Shown piece by piece: positions 15,815-22,706 of a DNA stretch of 24,000 bases (its first letter is position 1; every line of letters starts with the position of its first letter). The stretch spans positions 239,625-263,624 of the forward strand of contig NZ_CDCG01000037.1 in assembly GCF_000819845.1 (NCBI RefSeq). Reading direction: 5' to 3'. Both the position numbers and the translations under genes were made by a program. The notes below the pieces were generated by a model that was not told the origin of the DNA, searched no databases, and worked only from the letters and a program-made list of their open reading frames with translations. The DNA is from Aeromonas enteropelogenes (GTDB lineage Bacteria > Pseudomonadota > Gammaproteobacteria > Enterobacterales > Aeromonadaceae).

Positions 15815-17278
15815 ATGTCAGGAACTACACCCAACAGCAGCTTGATCAAATCCCGCGCCTATATAGATGGTCACTGGTGCGATGCCGCCAGCGGCCGCAC
15901 CTTCGAGGTCACCAATCCGGCCAGCGGTGCCGTGATTACCCAGGTGCCCGACATGAATGCCGAGGATACCCGCCGCGCCATCGACGCCGCCAAGGCCGCC
16001 CAACCGGCCTGGGCCGCCCTGACCGCCAAGGAGCGCAGCAACAAACTTTACGCCTGGTTTGCCGCCATCACTGCCCACACCGACGAGCTGGCCCGCATCA
16101 TGACCTGCGAGCAGGGCAAGCCGCTGGCCGAAGCCAAGGGGGAAGTGGCCTACGGCGCCAGCTTCATCCAGTGGTTCAGTGAGGAGGGCAAACGCGCCTA
16201 CGGCCGCACCATCCCGGGTTTTAGCGGCGATCGCCGTCTGGCCACCATCAAGCAGCCAGTGGGGGTGGTTGCCGCCATCACCCCGTGGAACTTCCCCATC
16301 GCCATGATCACCCGCAAGGCGGGTCCGGCGCTGGCCGCCGGTTGCACCATCGTCATCAAGCCTGCCGCCGAGACCCCCCTGTGCGCCCTCGCCCTGGCGG
16401 CACTGGCCGAAGAGGCGGGCATCCCGGCCGGCGTCATCAACATCATCACCTCCCATCAGGCGGCAGCGGTGGGTGACGAGCTGTGCCAGAACCCTGTGGT
16501 ACGCAAGCTCTCGTTCACCGGCTCGACCCGCATCGGCAAGCTCTTGATGCGCCAGTGCGCCGACACCATGAAGCGGGTGTCGCTGGAACTTGGCGGCAAC
16601 GCCCCCTTCATCGTCTTTGACGACGCAGATCTCGATGCCGCCGTAGCAGGGGCGCTGGCCTCCAAATACCGCAATGCGGGCCAGACCTGCGTCTGCGCCA
16701 ACCGCATCCTGGTGCAATCGAGCGTCTACGACGCCTTCACCGAGAAGCTGACCGCCGCCGTCAAAGCCTTCAAGGTGGGGGATGGCATGAGCGAGGGCAC
16801 CCAGATTGGCCCCCTCATCAACCCCGCCGCCGCCAGCAAGGTGGCCGAACTGGTCAACCAGGCCCGGGACGCCGGTGCCAGGGTGCTGCTGGGGGGGGAA
16901 GCCCACCCCGCCGGCCCGCTCTTCTATCAGCCCACCATCCTCGGCGAGGTGAAGAGGGACAACCCCATCCTGCAGGAGGAGATCTTCGGCCCGGTGGCAC
17001 CGCTGGTGCGCTTTGACAGCGAAGAGCAGGCCATTGCGCTGGCCAACGACACCCCCTATGGCCTGGCCGCCTACTTCTATGGCCGCGACATCGCCCGGGT
17101 GTGGCGAGTTGCCGAGCGGCTCGAATACGGCATGGTGGGCATCAACGAGGGGATCATCTCCACCGAACTGGCCCCCTTTGGCGGCATCAAGGAGTCGGGT
17201 CTGGGCCGCGAAGGGGCGGCCGAGGGGCTGGAGGAGTACCTCGAGACCAAATACCTCTGCTTTGGCGCCATCCGCTAG
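15815..17278 (+). CDS. gabD: NAD(P)+-dependent succinate-semialdehyde dehydrogenase
   Basis: 487 aa of the aldehyde dehydrogenase family. It has AITPWNFP, the catalytic region ELGGNAPFIVFDDAD and GQTCVCANR, and the C-terminal GGIKESGLGREG. It is globally GabD-like and sits next to gabT. Confidence 0.9.
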   Translation: MSGTTPNSSLIKSRAYIDGHWCDAASGRTFEVTNPASGAVITQVPDMNAEDTRRAIDAAKAAQPAWAALTAKERSNKLYAWFAAITAHTDELARIMTCEQGKPLAEAKGEVAYGASFIQWFSEEGKRAYGRTIPGFSGDRRLATIKQPVGVVAAITPWNFPIAMITRKAGPALAAGCTIVIKPAAETPLCALALAALAEEAGIPAGVINIITSHQAAAVGDELCQNPVVRKLSFTGSTRIGKLLMRQCADTMKRVSLELGGNAPFIVFDDADLDAAVAGALASKYRNAGQTCVCANRILVQSSVYDAFTEKLTAAVKAFKVGDGMSEGTQIGPLINPAAASKVAELVNQARDAGARVLLGGEAHPAGPLFYQPTILGEVKRDNPILQEEIFGPVAPLVRFDSEEQAIALANDTPYGLAAYFYGRDIARVWRVAERLEYGMVGINEGIISTELAPFGGIKESGLGREGAAEGLEEYLETKYLCFGAIR

Positions 17279-17482
17279 ACAGGATAACGATCACCCCACT
17301 GACCTTCCCTTCACAAGGGAAGGAGCAAACCCAGCCCTCCCCCCCATGGGAAGGGCATGGGCGGGGTCTGGCCAGCCTGCCAAGGCTTGCCACCACACTA
17401 TTCAAGGACGAAGTGAGCGCTCCCGCCCGGGAGCCTCGCCAACACTCAAGAGAGGGGGCAAACGCCCCCGCAGGGAGGAAAA

Positions 17483-18778
17483 ATGAGTCATTCAGACAAC
17501 CAGTCAAACCAGGCCTGGCAGGCCCGCCGTGAAGCCGCCGTGGTGAACGGCGTCGGTACCCTGCTACCGGTCTTTATCGACAAGGCGCAGAATGCCGAGC
17601 TGTGGGACATCGAGGGCAACCGCTACATCGATTTCGCCTCCGGCATCGCCGTGCTCAACACCGGCCACAACCACCCGAAAGTGGTGGCGGCGGTGCAGGC
17701 CCAACTGGAGAAATTCAGCCACACCTGCTTCCAGGTCACCCCCTACCCCGGCTATATCGAGCTGGCGGAAAAGTTGAATGCCCTGGTGCCCGGCTCCACA
17801 TCGAAGCGCACCCTGTTTCTCTCTACCGGCGCCGAGGCGGTGGAGAACGCCATCAAGATCGCACGCGCCCACACCGGCCGCAGCGGTACCATCGCCTTCA
17901 AGGGGGGCTTTCACGGCCGCACCATGATGGGCATGGCTCTGACCGGCAAGGTGGTTCCCTACAAGACCGGCTTCGGCCCCTTCCCGGGCGAGGTCTACCA
18001 CATCCCCTTCCCCGCCGACTATCTGGGGGTGAGTGAAGAGGATGCCCTGCAGGCCCTCGACCTCTGCTTCAGCGCCGACATCGAACCGAACCGGGTGGCC
18101 GCCATCATCCTCGAACCGGTTCAGGGTGAAGGTGGCTTCTATCCCGCCTCCCCCCGCTTCATGCAGAGCCTGCGCCGCATCTGCGATCAGCACGGCATCC
18201 TGCTGATCTGCGACGAGATCCAGAGCGGTTTCTGCCGCACCGGCAAGACCTTCGCCACCGAGTATGCCGGCATCGAGCCGGACATCATGACCCTGGCCAA
18301 GAGCCTGGCCGGCGGCTTCCCCCTCTCCGCCGTGGTAGGCAAGGCCGACATCATGAACTCGGCCAAGCCGGGTGGCCTGGGCGGCACCTATGCCGGCTCC
18401 CCCATCGCCTGCGCCGCCGCCCTGGCGGTCCTGGAGGTGATCGAAGAGGAGCAGCTCAACCAGAAGGCGCAGGCCCAGGGCGAGCAGATCAAGGCAGGAC
18501 TGCAACGCATAGCCGAGCGTTTTGACTGCATAGGTCAAATTCGCGGCCCCGGCGCCATGGTGGCCATGGAGCTGGTGAAGCAGCGCGATGCCGCCCAGCC
18601 GGATCCCGACCTCACCAAGCGTCTGGTGACCGAGGCGGGCAGGCGCGGTCTGGTCCTGTTGTCATGCGGTGTGCGCGCAAATGTCATCCGTTTTCTCGCC
18701 CCCCTGACCGCCCCTGCGTCCGTGATTGACGAAGGGCTGCAAATCCTTGAAAAGTCACTGGAGGCCGTGCTGGACTGA
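17483..18778 (+). CDS. gabT: 4-aminobutyrate--2-oxoglutarate aminotransferase
   Basis: 431 aa, a class-III PLP aminotransferase. It has NTGHNHPKVVAAV, GFHGRT, LICDEIQSGFCRTG and the PLP-Lys context DIMTLAKSLAGGFPLSAV. GGGAGGAAAA lies directly upstream of the ATG. Confidence 0.9.
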   Translation: MSHSDNQSNQAWQARREAAVVNGVGTLLPVFIDKAQNAELWDIEGNRYIDFASGIAVLNTGHNHPKVVAAVQAQLEKFSHTCFQVTPYPGYIELAEKLNALVPGSTSKRTLFLSTGAEAVENAIKIARAHTGRSGTIAFKGGFHGRTMMGMALTGKVVPYKTGFGPFPGEVYHIPFPADYLGVSEEDALQALDLCFSADIEPNRVAAIILEPVQGEGGFYPASPRFMQSLRRICDQHGILLICDEIQSGFCRTGKTFATEYAGIEPDIMTLAKSLAGGFPLSAVVGKADIMNSAKPGGLGGTYAGSPIACAAALAVLEVIEEEQLNQKAQAQGEQIKAGLQRIAERFDCIGQIRGPGAMVAMELVKQRDAAQPDPDLTKRLVTEAGRRGLVLLSCGVRANVIRFLAPLTAPASVIDEGLQILEKSLEAVLD

Positions 18779-18803
18779 CCAGCATGAAAGTGACCGCTCA
18801 CCA

Positions 18804-18816
18804 GTGCAAATAAATG
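18804..18816 (+). promoter_or_regulatory. GTGCAAATAAATG box, leader copy 1
   Basis: See 15585..15597. It begins 26 nt after the gabT stop. Confidence 0.4.
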
Positions 18817-18837
18817 CAATTTTGCCCCTTTTATCGC

Positions 18838-18866
18838 TTGTCAAGGGGGCCCTGCAAATGCACAAT
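18838..18866 (+). promoter_or_regulatory. sigma-70-like promoter candidate, leader copy 1
   Basis: TTGTCA-N17-CACAAT. Copy 2 has the same hexamer positions and the same 17-nt spacing. The following CGCGGCCA is also conserved. Confidence 0.45.
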
Positions 18867-18878
18867 GCGCGGCCACTG

Positions 18879-18916
18879 AAAGTACCGGTGCAGCCCAGCG
18901 GCATCGGTACTTTTTT
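18879..18916 (+). terminator. intrinsic-terminator-like hairpin + T6, leader copy 1
   Basis: GTACCGGTGC (18882-18891), a 9-nt loop and GCATCGGTAC (18901-18910) form 10 bp including one G-U pair. The stem is flanked by AAA and TTTTTT. Confidence 0.6.
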
Positions 18917-18967
18917 CACAGTGAACAAATCCATAAACGAGGCCGGATCACCCCCGGAAAAGATAGC

Positions 18968-18985
18968 GAGATTGGCAGCAATCTC
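18968..18985 (+). promoter_or_regulatory. 7-4-7 palindrome/hairpin, leader copy 1
   Basis: GAGATTG-GCAG-CAATCTC lies 28 nt upstream of the uORF ATG. The arms are identical in copy 2. Confidence 0.4.
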
Positions 18986-19013
18986 CCGACACCAAGTCTT
19001 AGTGAGGAACAAC

Positions 19014-19145
19014 ATGGGGCATGTCAATGCTTTCCTGCCGGCCCTGGCCGGTGCGCGCCACCCTGGCGCCCTTGATCCCCGGGCCACTCTCCCGGTTTCG
19101 TTGATGGACCGTGCCACCCCGGCACTGCGTGAGGAACAGGCATGA
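19014..19145 (+). CDS. 43-codon upstream ORF (candidate leader peptide) translationally coupled to puuP copy 1
   Basis: GAGGA lies 5 nt upstream of the ATG. The product is [43 protein letters not shown]. The stop TGA (19143-19145) overlaps the puuP ATG (19142-19144) as ATGA. The N-terminal 21 residues are 15/21 identical to the uORF of copy 2. Confidence 0.5.
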   Translation: MGHVNAFLPALAGARHPGALDPRATLPVSLMDRATPALREEQA

Positions 19146-20494
19146 TGACAACCCCGGCGGTTGGTCTGAAAAAGACCCTGAAACTCTGGCAGGTCGTGGT
19201 CATGGGCCTGGCTTACCTCACTCCCATGGCAGTGTTCGACACCTTCGGCATCGTCACCGAGATCACCGACGGCCATGTGCCGACGGCCTATCTGTTTGCC
19301 CTGATGGGCATGCTGTTCACCGCCCTGAGCTATGGCCATCTGGTACGCAAGTTCCCGTCGGCCGGTTCTGCCTATACCTATGCCCAGAAGGTGTTTCACC
19401 CCTATGTGGGCTTCATGGTGGGCTGGACCTCCCTGCTCGACTACATGTTCATGCCGATGATCAACATGCTGCTGGCCAAGATCTATCTGGAGGCCCTGTT
19501 CCCGAACGTGGAGCCCTGGACCTACATCTTTGGTCTGGCCGCCGTGATGACGGCCCTCAACCTGCGCGGCATCAAGCTGGTGGCCAACTTCAACAGCCTG
19601 ATCGTCATGATGCAGTTCAGCATCATCGCCGTCTTCATCGGCCTCATCGCCTGGGGCGTCTACAACGGTGAAGGGTTGGGAACCGTGGCCAGCAGCCGTC
19701 CCTTCTTCTCCGAGCAGATGCACATCAACCCCCTGCTGACCGGCGCCTCCATCCTGTGTCTGTCGTTCCTGGGTTTTGATGCCATCAGCACCCTGTCGGA
19801 AGAGACCCCGGACGCGGATCGGGTGATCCCCCGCGCCATCGTGCTGACCGCGCTGATCGGCGGCGTGCTGTTCGTCACCACCTCCTACTTCCTGCAGCTG
19901 TTCTTCCCGGACATCTCCCGCTTCCAGCAACCGGATGCGGTCCTGCCCGAGATTGCCCTCTACGTGGGTGGCAAGCTGTTCCAGGCGGTGGTGCTGGTGT
20001 GCACGACAGTGGCAGTGCTGGCCTCGGGGCTGGCCTCCCACGCCGGCGTGTCGCGCCTGCTCTACGTGATGGGTCGGGATCGCGCCCTGCCTGCGCGCTT
20101 CTTCTCCTATATCCATCCGAAGTGGCAGACCCCGGCGCTCAACGTGCTGCTGGTGGGCACCCTGGCCCTCTCCGCCGTGTCGTTTGATCTGGAGATCGCC
20201 CTGGCCCTGATCAACTTCGGCGCCCTGGTGGCCTTCACCTTCGTCAACCTGGCGGTCATTGCCCACTTCTATGTGAAGCTCGGTCGCAACAAGACCCTGA
20301 AGGATCACCTGCTGTTCCTGGTGATGCCCCTGTGCGGCGCCGCCTGCATCGGGGTACTGTGGCTCAACCTCGAGCCCTCCTCCTTCGAGCTGGGGCTGAT
20401 CTGGGCGGCGCTCGGTGCCCTCTACCTGTTCCTGCGTCTGGTGGTGTTCCGCATTCCGCTGCACACCGCCGACAAGGTCGAGGTGGCCCAGTAA
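19142..20494 (+). CDS. puuP: putrescine importer, APC-superfamily permease (PuuP/PlaP family), copy 1
   Basis: 450 aa. [93 protein letters not shown] and [10 protein letters not shown] are near-identical to E. coli PuuP motifs from memory. Confidence 0.9.
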   Translation: MMTTPAVGLKKTLKLWQVVVMGLAYLTPMAVFDTFGIVTEITDGHVPTAYLFALMGMLFTALSYGHLVRKFPSAGSAYTYAQKVFHPYVGFMVGWTSLLDYMFMPMINMLLAKIYLEALFPNVEPWTYIFGLAAVMTALNLRGIKLVANFNSLIVMMQFSIIAVFIGLIAWGVYNGEGLGTVASSRPFFSEQMHINPLLTGASILCLSFLGFDAISTLSEETPDADRVIPRAIVLTALIGGVLFVTTSYFLQLFFPDISRFQQPDAVLPEIALYVGGKLFQAVVLVCTTVAVLASGLASHAGVSRLLYVMGRDRALPARFFSYIHPKWQTPALNVLLVGTLALSAVSFDLEIALALINFGALVAFTFVNLAVIAHFYVKLGRNKTLKDHLLFLVMPLCGAACIGVLWLNLEPSSFELGLIWAALGALYLFLRLVVFRIPLHTADKVEVAQ

Positions 20495-20522
20495 GTCTGT
20501 GCGAGCATGAATGTACTGAATC

Positions 20523-20548
20523 AAAAGGAGCCTTTAGGCTCCTTTTTT
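20523..20548 (+). terminator. rho-independent terminator of puuP copy 1
   Basis: AAAAGGAGCC-TTTA-GGCTCCTTTT followed by TT, located 29 nt after the stop. Confidence 0.85.
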
Positions 20549-20920
20549 CATGCCTGATTGAAAGCCTGATAAAAAATCCCTTTGTACTCAATTCCCTGGC
20601 TTGCCCCTCTTGCCCCCACCACCCATGACCAGAAACGGTGTTCACCCGGATAAAGTGACCATTTATTCGCGCCTCTCTCCTCCCTTGTGCCGGTCGCCAG
20701 AGCGGGGGCCATGCACCAGACAGGCCCCCTGCCAACAAACCGGAAGAGGCCACCCGGCCCGGGCGCCTCTTCCTGTGTCAATGCGCCCTGCAGCGGCGAA
20801 ATGGCGAGATTCCGTACTGGATGAGAGCGAGGTTCCCTCATCCAACGTGACCTGAAAAACGGGGAGAAAGGCTGCATGATGGCAACAGGGGGAGAGTGAT
20901 CGCTTACCTGTCAAAGCAGA

Positions 20921-20933
20921 GTGCAAAAAAATG
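20921..20933 (+). promoter_or_regulatory. GTGCAAAAAAATG box, leader copy 2
   Basis: Same position relative to the -35-like hexamer as in copy 1 (box start to TTGTCA = 34 nt in both). Confidence 0.4.
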
Positions 20934-20954
20934 CGATCCGGCGCCCATTATTGC

Positions 20955-20983
20955 TTGTCACGGGGGGGCCACGAATGCAAAAT
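20955..20983 (+). promoter_or_regulatory. sigma-70-like promoter candidate, leader copy 2
   Basis: TTGTCA-N17-CAAAAT. The spacer contains a G7 run (20962-20968). Confidence 0.45.
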
Positions 20984-20996
20984 ACGCGGCCAATTG

Positions 20997-21034
20997 AAGA
21001 ACCGATGTTCCTTGCAACATCGGTTCTTTCTTTT
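20997..21034 (+). terminator. intrinsic-terminator-like hairpin + T-run, leader copy 2
   Basis: AAGAACCGATGTT-CCTTGC-AACATCGGTTCTT forms a perfect 13-bp stem followed by TCTTTT. Confidence 0.6.
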
Positions 21035-21087
21035 GGGCAGAACACCAAACCAACCACAGAGGCCGGAAACCTTCCGGAAGTGATACC

Positions 21088-21105
21088 GAGATTGCCAACA
21101 ATCTC
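21088..21105 (+). promoter_or_regulatory. 7-4-7 palindrome/hairpin, leader copy 2
   Basis: GAGATTG-CCAA-CAATCTC lies 20 nt upstream of the uORF ATG. Confidence 0.4.
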
Positions 21106-21125
21106 CCGACGTTAAGAGGAAAAAA

Positions 21126-21266
21126 ATGGGGCGTTTCAATGCTTTCCTGCCGGCCAACACCGGTATGCGCCTCCCCGGCGCCCTTGATGTACAGGTCTGC
21201 GAATTTTTCGTCTCCCTGTGCGCGTTGCAAGCATGTGCTCCGGCACTGATTGAGGAGAAAGCGTAA
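21126..21266 (+). CDS. 46-codon upstream ORF (candidate leader peptide) translationally coupled to puuP copy 2
   Basis: AGAGGA lies 5 nt upstream of the ATG. The product is [46 protein letters not shown]. The stop TAA (21264-21266) overlaps the puuP ATG (21266-21268) as TAATG. It is below the ORF-track length cut-off, so I translated it by hand. Confidence 0.5.
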   Translation: MGRFNAFLPANTGMRLPGALDVQVCEFFVSLCALQACAPALIEEKA

Positions 21267-22615
21267 TGGCATCTCAAGGCGCCAAGCTGCTCAAGACCCT
21301 GACCCTGACTCAGGTTATCGTAATGGGTCTCGCCTATCTGACCCCCATGGCCGTATTCGACACCTTCGCCATCGTCGGTGACATCACCGAAGGCCGGGTC
21401 GCCACCGCCTACCTGCTGGCGCTGGGCGGCATCCTGCTGACCGCCCTCAGCTATGGCCACCTGGTGCGCAAATTCCCCTCCGCGGGCTCTGCCTATACCT
21501 ATGCCCAGAAGGTGTTCAACCCCTACGTCGGTTTCATGGTCGGTTGGTCATCCCTGCTCGACTACATGTTCATGCCGATGATCAACATCCTGCTGGCCAA
21601 GATCTACCTGACCGCCATGTTCCCGGGTGTCGATCCCTGGATCTTCATCTTCGGCCTGGTGACCGTGATGACCTTCCTCAACCTGCGCGGTATCAACCTG
21701 GTGGCCAACTTCAACGGCGCCATCGTCTTTATCCAGCTCGCCATCATCGTCGTCTTCATTGGCCTGATGGGCTGGGGCCTCTACCATGGAGAGGGTGCCG
21801 CCACCCTGATGAGCAGCCGGCCGTTCCACTTCGAGAGCGCCAGCATGGTGCCACTCTTTACCGGTGCGACCATCCTCTGCTTCTCTTTCCTCGGTTTCGA
21901 CGGCCTCAGTTCCCTCAGTGAAGAGACCCCGAACGCCGGCAAGGTGATCCCCAAGGCGATCGTGCTGACCGCCCTCATCGGTGGCGTCATCTTCGTGGTG
22001 GTCTCCTACTGCCTGCAGCTCTATTTCCCGGATCTGGCCCGCTTCAAGGAGCCGGACGCCGTGCTGCCCGAGATCGCTCTCTACGTGGGCGGCACCCTGT
22101 TCCAGAGCATCGTACTGGTGTGCACCACGGTCGCCGTACTGGCCTCCGGCATGGCGGCCCACGCCGGTGTCTCCCGCATCCTCTACGTGATGGGCCGCGA
22201 TCGCATGATCCCGGAGCGGGTGTTTGGTTACATTCACCCCAAATACCGCACCCCGGCCATCAACGTGCTACTGGTGGGCGCCCTGGCCCTCTCCGCGGTG
22301 TCGTTCGATCTGGACATGGCGCTGGCGCTGGTGAACTTCGGTGCCCTGGTGGCCTTCACCTTCGTCAACCTGTCGGTCATCGGCCAATTCTGGGTCCGCG
22401 AAAAGCGCAACAAGAGCCTGAAAGATCACCTGATCTACCTGCTGCTGCCGCTGCTTGGCGCCGCCACCATCGGCGCCCTGTGGATCAACCTGGAGCAGAG
22501 CTCCCTGGAGCTGGGTCTGATCTGGGCTGGCCTCGGCGTCACCTACCTGTTCCTGCGTCTGGCGGTGTTCCGCATCCCGTTCCGCCAGTACGAAGAGGCG
22601 ACCGACGCTCAATAA
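21266..22615 (+). CDS. puuP: putrescine importer, APC-superfamily permease (PuuP/PlaP family), copy 2
   Basis: 449 aa, collinear with copy 1 over the full length with no indels visible by eye. It carries the same PuuP motifs ([44 protein letters not shown]). Confidence 0.9.
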   Translation: MASQGAKLLKTLTLTQVIVMGLAYLTPMAVFDTFAIVGDITEGRVATAYLLALGGILLTALSYGHLVRKFPSAGSAYTYAQKVFNPYVGFMVGWSSLLDYMFMPMINILLAKIYLTAMFPGVDPWIFIFGLVTVMTFLNLRGINLVANFNGAIVFIQLAIIVVFIGLMGWGLYHGEGAATLMSSRPFHFESASMVPLFTGATILCFSFLGFDGLSSLSEETPNAGKVIPKAIVLTALIGGVIFVVVSYCLQLYFPDLARFKEPDAVLPEIALYVGGTLFQSIVLVCTTVAVLASGMAAHAGVSRILYVMGRDRMIPERVFGYIHPKYRTPAINVLLVGALALSAVSFDLDMALALVNFGALVAFTFVNLSVIGQFWVREKRNKSLKDHLIYLLLPLLGAATIGALWINLEQSSLELGLIWAGLGVTYLFLRLAVFRIPFRQYEEATDAQ

Positions 22616-22635
22616 TGGCGCGGATACCGGATAGC

Positions 22636-22663
22636 AAAAGGGGAGCGACTGGCTCCCCTTTTT
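22636..22663. terminator. bidirectional rho-independent terminator between puuP copy 2 and the convergent repeat-protein gene
   Basis: AAAAGGGGAGC-GACTG-GCTCCCCTTTT, with an A-run on one side and a T-run on the other. Confidence 0.8.
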
Positions 22664-22706
22664 AATGCGCTGGCCTGGGTGACGGCGCTCCCCGGCCTCT
22701 TATCCG

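Noticed and set aside
16891-16898. Homopolymer tracts inside genes (G8 in gabD at 16891-16898; C7 in the FapD-like gene at 11431-11437) as possible phase-variation sites
   Set aside because: Tracts are short for slipped-strand switching, and both genes are intact and in frame. G/C runs of this size are expected in GC-rich coding DNA, and there is no supporting population data.
18726-19013. Upstream part of the 139-aa ORF that contains uORF1 (it would start inside the gabT 3' end)
   Set aside because: It runs through the gabT coding end, the promoter-like element and the terminator hairpin. The copy 2 leader is not open in the equivalent frame. Only the part from ATG 19014, which has its own Shine-Dalgarno sequence, is conserved between the copies.
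18755-20524. 589-aa minus-strand ORF antisense to puuP copy 1 (and similar ORFs at 21548..22237 and 22268..22612 antisense to copy 2)
   Set aside because: The plus strand encodes an unmistakable PuuP-family permease. The antisense translations are Gly/His/Gln/Glu-rich nonsense, typical of stop-poor antisense frames in GC-rich DNA.
20962-20968. G7 run in the 17-nt spacer of the copy 2 promoter-like element (copy 1 has G5) as a phase-variable promoter spacer
   Set aside because: The location is classical for spacer-length switching, but 7 nt is at the low end for such tracts. The promoter itself is unverified, so I only note it.
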